From: an uncultured Candidatus Saccharibacteria bacterium
Lineage (GTDB): Bacteria > Patescibacteriota > Minisyncoccia > Phycocordibacterales > UBA918
DNA length: 64,000 bases
NCBI GenBank assembly: GCA_964402035.1
Contig: CAYOAM010000001.1
Location: 96,679-160,678 of the forward strand
Direction: 5' to 3'
Shown here: positions 47,401 to 56,651 of the stretch, piece after piece
How the letters are laid out: every line of letters begins with the position of its first letter
Numbering within the stretch: position 1 is the stretch's first letter
The notes under the pieces: generated by a model
What the model saw: the letters and a program-made list of their open reading frames with translations, nothing else
Database searches by the model: none
Told to the model about the DNA's origin: nothing
Position numbers and translations under genes: made by a program

Positions 47401-47490
47401 GCAACAACTACGGCACTTGAAATAATTGCCTTTATGTCGTTTCTTCTTATGCTCGGGGGTATTGTCGTGTTGCGACGCATGGACGCATAA
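44488..47490 (+). CDS. Giant cell-surface protein: signal peptide, 2x SdrD/Cna-B-like domains, 2x DUF642-like domains, Gly-rich linker, C-terminal LPXTG-like sorting signal
   Basis: GFKFDDVDADGVWD...VREVAQSGY (Cna-B-type) twice. NGSFENP...AELDSDWAGP twice. G10 linker. C-terminus ILPTGAPNTGFGG + hydrophobic helix + RRMDA. Confidence 0.8.
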   Translation: MNSLTKLGFAVEKTLAVLLLLSMVFGQYALVFAEIEGETIPPVEEVVNEPDTLGDAPVSNEETATDEETPPPVPADESFKEETEESSLAPATFAAVVPLSTISGFKFDDVDADGVWDASEAGLPGWTIELLDTDSEVVGSDVTDTTGQYSFDVAPGIFTVREVAQSGYIQTAPADHTCFFNVEEDPVLDQNEGAKFAAAPHGYICNFGNHQIEVPDDTMGQCIGENLLANGSFENPDVVDGAGWDIFTSGTSGLAWVVSWVSAFVGAPSVANIEFHGGVNGWLAEDGSQYAELDSDWAGPTSNQAGEQASSRISQTVPTILGGTYQLTFDFSARPNYGTSENRAGVYIDGVLTDTVSANGTALSNTSWTEHSYSFIADTSTEIALADAGTPNSVGSFVDNVSLCLIERPVVPQCAPELNGGWADHVVGTPSQGDRKDGSDVLGSRSDATDALDASDWEPGDTDGFYSLGFGGSIVVSFDSFVPDIAGNDISIHEATNGAFPAGYPEEKALIEVSQNGTNWFAVGTATNLVAADRVSYFDVASTGLSWIKFVRITDTSDTALYAQYPDADGFDLDAVDATQTVCDEPEDHEHDTATLYGYKWNDLNNNGVEDEGEPKLSGWTITATVGTTTYVDVTDAQGAYSLEVPAGSVGSVDETAQAGWLQTYPLESGVCNFEVGEGAEFFCKFGNYHLPTQTTCDAEVNLLGNGSFEAPAVGEALWDVFPSELDGLVWTVAWLDTTGAPEVPLLELQSGRTPADGLQFAELDSDFYGPPGGPYSGEHTSVKISQAVSTIPGYLYKLSFQFSALPYSASSDNAVAVRLGGVQQGAPVTSDGSLSPDTVWSTYTYNYVATGSTTEVSLADAGLTNSFGTLVDDVAFTCLGANQGDGPEGSGDNPNPDNTDNGGGGGGGGGGSRISLSGGGGSSQGGNNNSSDGEVLGDSDHKSVPEVAGAQTAILPTGAPNTGFGGTSDAATTTALEIIAFMSFLLMLGGIVVLRRMDA

Positions 47491-48162
47491 ATGAACCCAC
47501 AGCAAAAAAAAGAAAACATAGGTCGCCACCGTCGTGTGGCGACCTATGTTGTAATGGGGCTTGCATGCATAGTGTATCTAAGCGCAAGTTACCTTTTGTG
47601 GAAACAGCGGGCTCCTCTGGCCGAAACCATCGTACAAGAATCAATACCCACAGCAACAACATCGCTTGGAATATCTTTGCCTCGTGCAATACCAATACGT
47701 CTTCATATACCGAAAATAGGGATTGATGTACCATTTGCGGCTCCGCTTGGTGTAAAAGAGAACGGGGAAGTTGAAGTGCCGAAAACATATGATGAAGTTG
47801 GGTGGTATCAACATGGTCCAACGCCGGGTGAGCGAGGTCCATCGGTCATCTTTGGCCATGTTGATTCGAAAGCAGGACCTGCAGTGTTTTATTCGCTAGG
47901 ACAGGTTGCTCCAGGTGATGAGGTGGTCGTCGATCGCATCGATGGGACGAGTGCAACATTCATCATTCATAAACTGGAACGGGTTCCTCAAGGTTCGTTT
48001 CCTACTGAATCGGTGTACGGAGACGTCGATCAATCTGAATTGCGACTCATAACATGTACTGGTACGTATGATCGCGGAGTATTGCGCTATAGTCACAATC
48101 TTATTGTATACGCAACGCTTGCAGGCAATATTTCTGCAACGACGTCACCGGTTAGTTTCTAG
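47491..48162 (+). CDS. Sortase (class E/F-like transpeptidase)
   Basis: N-terminal TM anchor; His motif VIFGHVD; catalytic LRLITCTG (TLxTC); downstream conserved Arg (RGVLRYS). Starts one nt after the stop of the sorting-signal protein. Confidence 0.8.
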   Translation: MNPQQKKENIGRHRRVATYVVMGLACIVYLSASYLLWKQRAPLAETIVQESIPTATTSLGISLPRAIPIRLHIPKIGIDVPFAAPLGVKENGEVEVPKTYDEVGWYQHGPTPGERGPSVIFGHVDSKAGPAVFYSLGQVAPGDEVVVDRIDGTSATFIIHKLERVPQGSFPTESVYGDVDQSELRLITCTGTYDRGVLRYSHNLIVYATLAGNISATTSPVSF

Positions 48163-48225
48163 TTTCGTACACCTATAGCGCGGGTGGAATCTATGTGTCG
48201 TCAAGGTTATACTATTCATTAATAT

Positions 48226-49419
48226 ATGATGAAGTTTCTTGGAAAGCTGTTTATCCCACAAGAGTCGAATAACTATCAACCTACTATTCTGGAGAAGGCT
48301 GCTGCTCTAGGTATACTCTTGTTGATTTTTCTGAGTTTTACGGTCGTCAATATCCAGTCATTGGTCTTGGTGAGTTCTGATTGGTTTGCTTCGGCTATTC
48401 TCCCGTCTGTGCTTATTGATCTCACCAATGATTCAAGAAAGGACGAAAAGATGTCGTTTTTAACTCGAAGTGCCGTCTTGGACGAAGCGGCATCACTCAA
48501 AGCGCGAGATATGGCAGAGCATGAGTATTTTGCTCATGATAGTCCGCTTGGCATAACACCGTGGTATTGGTTCGAGCGAGCAGGTTATGACTATGTTTAT
48601 GCGGGTGAAAACCTTGCAGTACATTTTACTGATTCTGACCAGGTCGTGGATGCGTGGATGAAGTCGCCCGGGCATCGAGCAAATATTTTGAATGAACATT
48701 ATACCGAAATTGGCATAGGTACTGCGCGTGGTACCTATAAAGGTGCACCCACTATTTTTGTGGTGCAACTTTTTGGGCATCCTATGACTGAAGCGGAGAA
48801 AAGTCGCGTTGCAGCTCTTACAAGAGCACCTAAACAGGCTGCGACCATTGTCGCATCATCTACGACAATCCCCAAAGCTTCTTCAAGCGCATCAGTTCTT
48901 GATGCGCAGGATGAGCAAGCGGTGCCTGTTGAAGAGGTTCAGATAACAACGGTTGCCGGTACAACATCACCAAAGATTACTCGCATGGAGCCAATTCAGG
49001 ATAACGTTCCCACTACTACACAGGCGACTGCAACGAGGCCTGAGCTTGCTAGTGTTAAGGATACATCACCGACGATTTCTCAAACGCAAACGTTCATGAC
49101 ACTTTCTGATGTTGCAACAATCTCCCCGTTCGTCGGGCGCGGCATCTTATCGTCAGACATTGGTGAAACGAGTGGAAATACAGCAGAAATACGCCAAAGT
49201 ACACCGCTCTATGCTGCGGCTACGCGACCACACCTGGTGTTATCAATCATATACTCACTTCTCGCACTCTTTGTCTTTTGCTCGCTAGTACTTTCGATTA
49301 TTGTGGAATGGCGTCGTCAACATCCTACACAACTTATGTATGGTATTGGACTTATGGTTGCTCTCTGGATTGCACTTTACGTGCACTCTGCACTAGTTTC
49401 AGGTGTACTCATTGTCTAA
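48226..49419 (+). CDS. CAP/SCP (PR-1-like) domain membrane protein with Thr/Ser-rich linker and C-terminal TM
   Basis: CAP motifs HEYFAHDSP and GHRANILNEHYTEIGIG. N- and C-terminal TM helices. Confidence 0.7.
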   Translation: MMKFLGKLFIPQESNNYQPTILEKAAALGILLLIFLSFTVVNIQSLVLVSSDWFASAILPSVLIDLTNDSRKDEKMSFLTRSAVLDEAASLKARDMAEHEYFAHDSPLGITPWYWFERAGYDYVYAGENLAVHFTDSDQVVDAWMKSPGHRANILNEHYTEIGIGTARGTYKGAPTIFVVQLFGHPMTEAEKSRVAALTRAPKQAATIVASSTTIPKASSSASVLDAQDEQAVPVEEVQITTVAGTTSPKITRMEPIQDNVPTTTQATATRPELASVKDTSPTISQTQTFMTLSDVATISPFVGRGILSSDIGETSGNTAEIRQSTPLYAAATRPHLVLSIIYSLLALFVFCSLVLSIIVEWRRQHPTQLMYGIGLMVALWIALYVHSALVSGVLIV

Positions 49420-49764
49420 ATTGCACATGACGTCACGTTCTTTAAGACATTTTTTCATATGTCGCATATATTTTCTAACGGTCGCTAATTATGTCCGTAA
49501 GAAACTTTTTGCTTGTGAGATTTGTTTGACAGTTATCAACACATAGTGTCACACAAAAAGTCAATGTCCTTGTACAATAGATATTGGGTCGGTCGAAGTG
49601 GGTACTGGTATTGTCCTTGATTAAAACGGCTGCATCATATTTTGATGCGTATCGAGAACGATATCTCTCCACACACCTTGCTTCGGTCCGGACTACAAAA
49701 CAAAAATATAAAAACAAAAAAATGTTTTGTATGTATAGTTATTTAAAAATAATATTAAAAGTAC

Positions 49765-50919
49765 ATGTACGTTCTACACAACAAAGAAGCGCATAACGCG
49801 CTCCGAGCAATCGCGATGCTCGTTGTGGTAACACTGATGCTCTGGATCGTTGGTGCGAGCCCCTTCTCCCAGAAGGCGGACGCGTCTAACGTGACAAGCT
49901 TCAGTGATACACTCAGTGATTCTGACATGAATGTGGGATCAGACCACACAATCAGATTCACGTTGCCAAACGGAGCGGTAGCAGGTGCATCCATTACTGT
50001 TACATTTCCTGCAGGTTTCAGTCTTGGCACAAATACCGCCACCGGTCTTGACTTCAATGATATGGATCTCAAAGATGACGGAGTAAACCTTACATTGGAC
50101 TCGTCCCCGGCAGGTGCAACATGGGGTGTTGCAACCACAACGTCAACTATTACATTTACGAGCGGTACCGATGTTATTGCATCGAGCTCCGTGGTTCAAA
50201 TATTGGTCGGAACGCATGCATCTTCAGGTTCAACGGGAGATACACGAATCATTAACCCAAACAATGCTGGGTCATATGAAATAAACATTTCGGGTGGTAC
50301 GATTCAGGATTCTGGTGCAACAAACGTAGCAATTCTGGATAACGTTGTTGTAACAGCATCTGTTGATACTAGTTTCACCTTTACGGTGAACGGTATTGCA
50401 ACGAGTAGCGCCGTAAACGGTACGACGACGACTCGCACGGCAACAGCAAGCACAATTCCTTTCGGTCTCTTGACTAACAGCGTCATACAGACACTAGGTC
50501 AGCAGTTGCACGTCTTGACGAACGCCGCACAAGGATTTACGGTAACAGTGTACCAAGACCAAAATCTTCTATCGTCAACAGGAGCCGACATTGATGGTTT
50601 TGCAAACGGAAACTACTTGGATACACCTGGTGCTTGGTCTCATCCAACCAACAGTATTTCGGATGAAAAGACATGGGGCCACTGGGGTCTTACGACGGAG
50701 GACGATGTAGTTGCAGGTGGTGGTGCATTCGGCTCAAATCAATGGATTTCAGCAAGTACGACACCACGCGCCATCTTCCATCACAGCGGTCCTGCCGATG
50801 GTACGACTGCAGACATTGGATCAACAACGGTTGGTTATCAGGTAGAAATAACCTCCCTCCAGGAAGCTGCTGACGACTATACGACGACACTTACATACAT
50901 TGCAACTCCTATTTTCTAG
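49765..50919 (+). CDS. Secreted Thr/Ser-rich surface protein (N-terminal module paralogous to 54234..56117)
   Basis: Signal anchor. NVTSFSDTLSDSDMNVGSDHTIRFTLP aligns with NITTFSDTLTDSAPGEYSNHTIEFQLD in the dockerin protein. Confidence 0.5.
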   Translation: MYVLHNKEAHNALRAIAMLVVVTLMLWIVGASPFSQKADASNVTSFSDTLSDSDMNVGSDHTIRFTLPNGAVAGASITVTFPAGFSLGTNTATGLDFNDMDLKDDGVNLTLDSSPAGATWGVATTTSTITFTSGTDVIASSSVVQILVGTHASSGSTGDTRIINPNNAGSYEINISGGTIQDSGATNVAILDNVVVTASVDTSFTFTVNGIATSSAVNGTTTTRTATASTIPFGLLTNSVIQTLGQQLHVLTNAAQGFTVTVYQDQNLLSSTGADIDGFANGNYLDTPGAWSHPTNSISDEKTWGHWGLTTEDDVVAGGGAFGSNQWISASTTPRAIFHHSGPADGTTADIGSTTVGYQVEITSLQEAADDYTTTLTYIATPIF

Positions 50920-51036
50920 GACACGCGATATGTTCAAAAAAACTCCCAGACGGGGAGTTTTTTTGTTGATTAGTTTTATTTTATTGTACCGCTTAATGTT
51001 ATGATAGATGGGTTATTTATTCGTAGTATTTTATAC

Positions 51037-52101
51037 ATGCGTCGCATAGCATTTTTTTTAATTCTATTTGTCTGTGTTGTTTTTTTTCAGATTCATGATG
51101 TGTATGCACAAGAGTCTGCTGGTGTTGAACTCAAACCTTCGACGATTGAGCGCGGAGCCAATCCAGGAGAAGTTTTTGAAGAGATGCTCACCGTTACAAA
51201 CATCAGCGATCTTGAGCAGACGTATTTTCTTCTGAGTAAAGACATTAGTGGTGTAACGGATACCGGTGCCCCTATTTTTGCTGACGCAGGAGCAGAAGTG
51301 ACGGGTTTTGAATTGAGTACGTGGTTGTCGTACTCAAGTGAAGGCATTGTATTGCCTCCTCGGGCCTCGGTGCAGGTGCCACTAAAGGTGACGGTACCAG
51401 AAAATGCTTCACCAGGTAGTCATTTTGGAGGAATTTTTATAACGGTACAACCACCGAAGTTGCGTGAACTTGGTGCTGGAGTAAGCTACCAAGTAGGAGC
51501 TATTGTAAGTATTCGTATTGCGGGCGATGTCATTGAATCAGCACGCATCAGAGAGTTTTCAACGGAAAAATTGGTCTATAGTGAACCTCGTGTGACATTT
51601 CTTGCACGAGTAGAGAATCCAGGAAATGTACTCATTCGCCCTCGAGGACCGCTTGAAATAAATAACATGTTGGGTAAACGCGCTGGGTATGTCTCCGTAA
51701 ACGATCAGAAGTCAGGTGTCTTTCCTGGTACAACACGGGCGTTCGATATTAAGTGGGAAGGGACAGGACTTGCTTTTGGTCGCTACCAAGCGATCATTGG
51801 GCTTGTCTATGGTGAGTCGGGACGACAATCTACCGTATCGGGTACCGTTTCGTTTTGGATATTACCAATAAAAATAATTTTGCCGGTACTTGGAGTACTG
51901 TCACTCGCTGTACTCGTCGTCTACCTCGGTATCAAGTTGTATATACGCCGTACACTGGATCAATTGTCTACTACGCAGGGTAAGCGCATGGTCGTTCGAC
52001 GCCGCCGCGATGCGCAAATGTCTCGACTTATGGTTACTGCAGTGACCTTACTCATCGTAACCACACTGTTCCTCATCGGTCTATTGTTCTTGTTCGCATA
52101 A
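51037..52101 (+). CDS. Cell-surface protein with Ig-like extracytoplasmic domains and two C-terminal TM segments
   Basis: Signal peptide; beta-rich domains; TM; RRTLDQ...RRRRD; second TM. Confidence 0.45.
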   Translation: MRRIAFFLILFVCVVFFQIHDVYAQESAGVELKPSTIERGANPGEVFEEMLTVTNISDLEQTYFLLSKDISGVTDTGAPIFADAGAEVTGFELSTWLSYSSEGIVLPPRASVQVPLKVTVPENASPGSHFGGIFITVQPPKLRELGAGVSYQVGAIVSIRIAGDVIESARIREFSTEKLVYSEPRVTFLARVENPGNVLIRPRGPLEINNMLGKRAGYVSVNDQKSGVFPGTTRAFDIKWEGTGLAFGRYQAIIGLVYGESGRQSTVSGTVSFWILPIKIILPVLGVLSLAVLVVYLGIKLYIRRTLDQLSTTQGKRMVVRRRRDAQMSRLMVTAVTLLIVTTLFLIGLLFLFA

Positions 52102-52528
52102 ATATCTATTGCTAACAGTATAGCTACGCAGTAGGATTAGGGTATGTACAGCGACTCTCTCTACCATAAATGTTTGCGTGCGTCCGCACTCGTTGTTGCT
52201 TTTCTGCTCACGATGCAGAGTGGGATTATTGTCCCAGAAACGACGTTATTCACCATGCAGGCACGTATGTATATGGCAAACGTGATAGGTATCACCGCCT
52301 CAGTGGTGCCAAATGAAATAAATACTTTAACGGGTGAACTTACAAAGAGGCAAAAAGAGCTTGATGAACGTGAACGTCTTATTGATGCGCGAGTGCGCGA
52401 CAGCGAACTACAGTCATTTCGTTTTTCAGACTATATATTGAGTAGCATACTACTGCTGCTCCTCATACTCATCACAACAAATTATTTCCTTGATTATATG
52501 CGTGCTCGTAAAAATGAGCGGTTAGACT

Positions 52529-53362
52529 ATGCGGCGACATCTTAAAGCTGGTCTTATTGGTCTTTCTGCTGTGATACTCACAACGTTGGGTATCTCTGCG
52601 TCCGATACCCTCGAAGGCGTTTCGGGCTCACTCCTAAGCATGGCATTAAAAAGTGAGGAGATTAGAACAGGGTGCCCGTCTGATATGGCTGAGGTGACGG
52701 TTGGCTCTCGAAGAATATGTGTTGATGTGTTTGAGGAGAGCGCGGCACCGGTGTGTCCGCATCGTGACCCACAAAATGTACAGGAAACAGAACGAAATAT
52801 TGGTGGTGCGGGGTGTATTCCTGAAGCAAAAAAGGACACTAAGCCGTGGAGATTTATAAGTATGAGTCAAGCGCAACGCGCATGTGCGAGCGCTGGTAAG
52901 CGTTTGCCAACCAACGAAGAATGGTATCGTGCGGCGCTCGGTACGCCTACAAATAACGACAGGTTATGCAATCTCCATACACCACAGACGCAAGAGCCTC
53001 GAAATGCTTCGGAAACTGCTTGCAAATCAACCGTCGGGACATACGATATGATTGGCAACGTATGGGAATGGGTTGATGAATCTGTTACGGAGGGTTCGTA
53101 CAGAAACCGTCAAATACCGCAAACAGGGTACGTGTCCGGTGTTGATGCAGACGGTGTTGCATTGCTTTCGGCGACGGTAGAGGACGCACTGTATGGTAAT
53201 GATTATGCATGGTCTACTCCTACAGGGGTACGCGGTATGATACGTGGCGGCTTTTATGGTAGTGGTGAAGACGGTGGTCTCTATACATTGAATGCATCGA
53301 TTGATCTTGCTTTTAGCAGTACTGGTGTCGGTTTTCGCTGTGTACGAGATTACGAAAAATAA
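52529..53362 (+). CDS. Membrane-anchored FGE-sulfatase (SUMF1/DUF323) domain protein
   Basis: N-terminal TM; NVWEWVDES; RGGFYGSG; GFRCVRD: hallmarks of the formylglycine-generating-enzyme fold. Confidence 0.7.
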   Translation: MRRHLKAGLIGLSAVILTTLGISASDTLEGVSGSLLSMALKSEEIRTGCPSDMAEVTVGSRRICVDVFEESAAPVCPHRDPQNVQETERNIGGAGCIPEAKKDTKPWRFISMSQAQRACASAGKRLPTNEEWYRAALGTPTNNDRLCNLHTPQTQEPRNASETACKSTVGTYDMIGNVWEWVDESVTEGSYRNRQIPQTGYVSGVDADGVALLSATVEDALYGNDYAWSTPTGVRGMIRGGFYGSGEDGGLYTLNASIDLAFSSTGVGFRCVRDYEK

Positions 53363-53389
53363 AGCGAGTATCAGCTATACTATAAGGTA

Positions 53390-54232
53390 ATGAAACGCGT
53401 CATGAAAAGTGCGCGGTGGATTTTTGTCACCGTTGGTGTCATTGCTCTTACGAGTATCACGGTAGATGCTACCTTGAGTGGACATTCGCTATCACAATCT
53501 GCTCTAGGAATATTAGCGACATCGGTAACGGAGACCAATACTGGCTGTAGTGATGGTATGGCGCTCATTGGCGGTGATTTTAATGCCGTGTGTGTAGACA
53601 TATATGAGGCGTCGCCAGGCGCAACCTGTCCAAGCAAGGAGGTAGCGAATGTAAACGATACACGTACCAACATAAACACAGGCAGTTGTCTCCCGGCATC
53701 AACAGCCTCTGCAAAACCGTGGACGTATGTGACGTTGAATCAAGCGCAAGAACTCTGTGGTAGGGCAGGTAAGCGACTGTTAAGTAATGCAGAATGGTAC
53801 CGCGCGTCGTTAGGTTCTCCCGATATCGGAGGAGAAGTAGCATGTAATATTAGAACAGATGGCGCTATGCAGACGGGCAAGTACCCACAATGCGTCTCAG
53901 GTATGGGTGCTTTCGATATGATAGGGAACGTATGGGAATGGGTTGATGGGTCGGTAGAAGAAGGAAAGTATCGGGATCGTATGCTACCGACAAGTGGGTA
54001 TGTTATTGAAACCGATGCTGATGGTGTTGTTACGAAGACACAGGGGTCCGCTTCGTCCGATTTTCATGAAGATTATTTCTGGTCTGAAGCTTCTGGTGTG
54101 TATGGTATGCTGCGCGGCGGGTTTTATGGGAGCGGAAGTGATGCAGGGGTGTATAGTCTCCATGCAAAAACAGCAACATCGTTTGCAGGCGCCGCAATCG
54201 GTTTTCGCTGCGCACTTGATTTGAAACGTTAA
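53390..54232 (+). CDS. Membrane-anchored FGE-sulfatase domain protein, tandem paralog
   Basis: NVWEWVDGS; RGGFYGSG; GFRCALD. Same architecture as the upstream gene. Confidence 0.7.
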   Translation: MKRVMKSARWIFVTVGVIALTSITVDATLSGHSLSQSALGILATSVTETNTGCSDGMALIGGDFNAVCVDIYEASPGATCPSKEVANVNDTRTNINTGSCLPASTASAKPWTYVTLNQAQELCGRAGKRLLSNAEWYRASLGSPDIGGEVACNIRTDGAMQTGKYPQCVSGMGAFDMIGNVWEWVDGSVEEGKYRDRMLPTSGYVIETDADGVVTKTQGSASSDFHEDYFWSEASGVYGMLRGGFYGSGSDAGVYSLHAKTATSFAGAAIGFRCALDLKR

Positions 54233-54233
54233 T

Positions 54234-56117
54234 ATGCAGTATTTTGCACTTTTACGCACAACAATGTTCGCACGTATGAGATTTGGTATCTCTACTGCTC
54301 TCGTGTACGGCGTTTTTTTCTTGCTTGGGATCTCTATCATTAGCGGTTTCTTATTTATATACAACAATCAATCACAAGCACGCAATATCACGACCTTTAG
54401 TGATACCTTGACTGATTCGGCGCCGGGTGAGTACTCAAATCATACGATTGAATTTCAGCTGGATGTTGCTGTCCCAGCAGGCGGATATATTCGTATTACA
54501 CCCGAAGATGGAGCCTTTACCATCCCGGCCGTCGATTTTGACATTGATCAAGTTGAACTTTTCGTTGCCCCACCATCCTTGGGCTATACCGTACGAGCCG
54601 CATCAAGTACTGCTGACGCTACGTATGATGGTATTGCTATAACAACCGGTACATCGGGCAATGTGCTCTATACATTGAATGCATCCGCAGGTATTAGTGC
54701 AGGAAGCGACGTGCGAATAAAGATAGGTACACACACCACAAACTCCACTACCACGGATGTTGGTGTGTTGAATCCTGTAGCAACAGGCACGCGTCAAATA
54801 CTCATAGAAGCTGGCGGTGGTGCGAGTGATGCAACAGCTCGAGCTCTTGTTGCAATTATTGATTCAGTTGGTGTTGGCCCAGTGGATACGACAGAAGAGA
54901 TACCGCCTGTGCGCTTCAATGGAGCGCCAACGGGGACGCTGTCAGGAACTGTAACCGGCGTTGAGATTTCCCTTGAAACAGATGAATTTGCACGCTGTAG
55001 ATTCTCTACTGCTTCAGGGACGCCCTTTTTGTCCATGACCGATGAGTTTACCGTGACGGGGTCTATTTTTCATTCCTTGGTGCGAACTGGGTTATCTGCA
55101 GATACTACGTATACATTTTTTGTGCGTTGTATAGATGATGAGAACAACTACAATATCGATGACTACGAGATAACGTTTACCATTCCACCACCTCCCGAAG
55201 GAACCCCAGGTGATGGAGATGATGGGAGTGATGGCGAAGACGATGGTTCAGGTTCTGGTGATGATGGTTCGGGGGATGGTACGACAGGTGGCGATGAAGA
55301 TAGCGATGAAAGTGGTGGTGGAACACGAGGCGGCGGCGGCGGTGGTGGTGGAACAAACAGCGATGATGATGTGTACGAAAGTGGTGACGCAACTGTCATT
55401 ATAAGCGGTTATTCATTTCCAAGTAGCAAGGTGTCGATTTTAGTCGATGGCGATATTGCAGATACAGTGACCGCAAATAGTGCAGGTGTGTTTTCTGTCA
55501 CGCTTGATGCCATAGCGAGGGGTGTCTACAGCTTTGGTGCATACGCTACCGATCGCAGCAATGTTAAATCTTCGACTTTTTCAACGACATTTACGGTTAC
55601 CGGTTCTCGTGTCTCTACACTCTCGAATATTAATCTCATGCCGTCGATATCTGTTGCTCCAAATCCCGTTGATGTCGGAGCGACAGTCACATTTTCTGGC
55701 TATGCAATAGCAAATAGCACCATCACGATTGAAACACAGCAGGACAAGAATGGTACGTCCCCAAAAACGCTTACCGCAACGTCAGATGGTATCGGTAAAT
55801 GGTCTGCAACGCAGTCCACGGCAGGTTTTGCCAAGGATAAGTGGAAGGTGCGCGCTAAGTCCGCGCAAATTGAGGGCAGTATATCTACAAATTTTTCGCA
55901 GTACACATACTATGCTGTGGGTACTGCAGCGGTGCCACCAACGGGTAACAATTCTGACCTAAATCGTGATGGAAAAGTAAATTTGATTGACTTTTCCATC
56001 CTGCTTTTCCATTGGAACACGAATGGTGGTGCGTCTGACCCTCCTGCGGACATCAATCGCGATGGTCGTGTTAGTTTGACTGACTTTTCGATCATGATCT
56101 TCAACTGGACCGGCTAA
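54234..56117 (+). CDS. Surface protein with Ig-like domains, Gly/Asp-rich linker and C-terminal dockerin-like Ca-binding repeat pair
   Basis: C-terminus DLNRDGKVNLIDFSILLFHW and DINRDGRVSLTDFSIMIFNW: two DxNxDGxVxxxD F-hand segments, 31 aa apart. Confidence 0.6.
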   Translation: MQYFALLRTTMFARMRFGISTALVYGVFFLLGISIISGFLFIYNNQSQARNITTFSDTLTDSAPGEYSNHTIEFQLDVAVPAGGYIRITPEDGAFTIPAVDFDIDQVELFVAPPSLGYTVRAASSTADATYDGIAITTGTSGNVLYTLNASAGISAGSDVRIKIGTHTTNSTTTDVGVLNPVATGTRQILIEAGGGASDATARALVAIIDSVGVGPVDTTEEIPPVRFNGAPTGTLSGTVTGVEISLETDEFARCRFSTASGTPFLSMTDEFTVTGSIFHSLVRTGLSADTTYTFFVRCIDDENNYNIDDYEITFTIPPPPEGTPGDGDDGSDGEDDGSGSGDDGSGDGTTGGDEDSDESGGGTRGGGGGGGGTNSDDDVYESGDATVIISGYSFPSSKVSILVDGDIADTVTANSAGVFSVTLDAIARGVYSFGAYATDRSNVKSSTFSTTFTVTGSRVSTLSNINLMPSISVAPNPVDVGATVTFSGYAIANSTITIETQQDKNGTSPKTLTATSDGIGKWSATQSTAGFAKDKWKVRAKSAQIEGSISTNFSQYTYYAVGTAAVPPTGNNSDLNRDGKVNLIDFSILLFHWNTNGGASDPPADINRDGRVSLTDFSIMIFNWTG

Positions 56118-56188
56118 TGATGTGGGTAAATCATGGCAGACGTTATGCGTTTGTATCGTATAATGGTGCTATGTAGTTTCGGCACTAT

Positions 56189-56650
56189 ATGTCCTTTCTT
56201 CAACGTCTAAAAGGTAAAGGGGTCCACGCGCAGAAATTGCAATCTGCCGAGGAGGAAACTGCACTTGATAAAATAGTGCAGCTGGATGTTGATGTATTTC
56301 AGACCGATGACACGATCGTCGTGTATGCACAGGCAGCTGGAGCCGAGCTTGCGGATATTAAGGTTTCAATTGAAGGGGATGCTGATATTGTGCTTATAGA
56401 AGGAAAACGTTTACGTCCTGATCGCATAGCATTTCCTAAAATAAAACCTGAAGGCGCTTTTTTTACGGAAGAGTGTATTTGGGGAGATTTTTACCGACGG
56501 ATCATTTTGCCAGAAGGTGTTGACATAGCACATGCTGAAGCAAAGGTAAAAAATGGTGTTTTGATACTCATTTTGCCACTCCTGCGGTCAGAAGAACGTG
56601 AGAAGGTGCAGCTGCATGTAAAAAATGCCGAAAAAGGTCGCAAATCATAA
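56189..56650 (+). CDS. Hsp20/alpha-crystallin small heat-shock protein
   Basis: ACD motifs: VDVFQTDDTIVVYAQAAG, GEF.RRIILPEGVD, AKVKNGVLILILP. Confidence 0.8.
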   Translation: MSFLQRLKGKGVHAQKLQSAEEETALDKIVQLDVDVFQTDDTIVVYAQAAGAELADIKVSIEGDADIVLIEGKRLRPDRIAFPKIKPEGAFFTEECIWGDFYRRIILPEGVDIAHAEAKVKNGVLILILPLLRSEEREKVQLHVKNAEKGRKS

Positions 56651-56651
56651 T

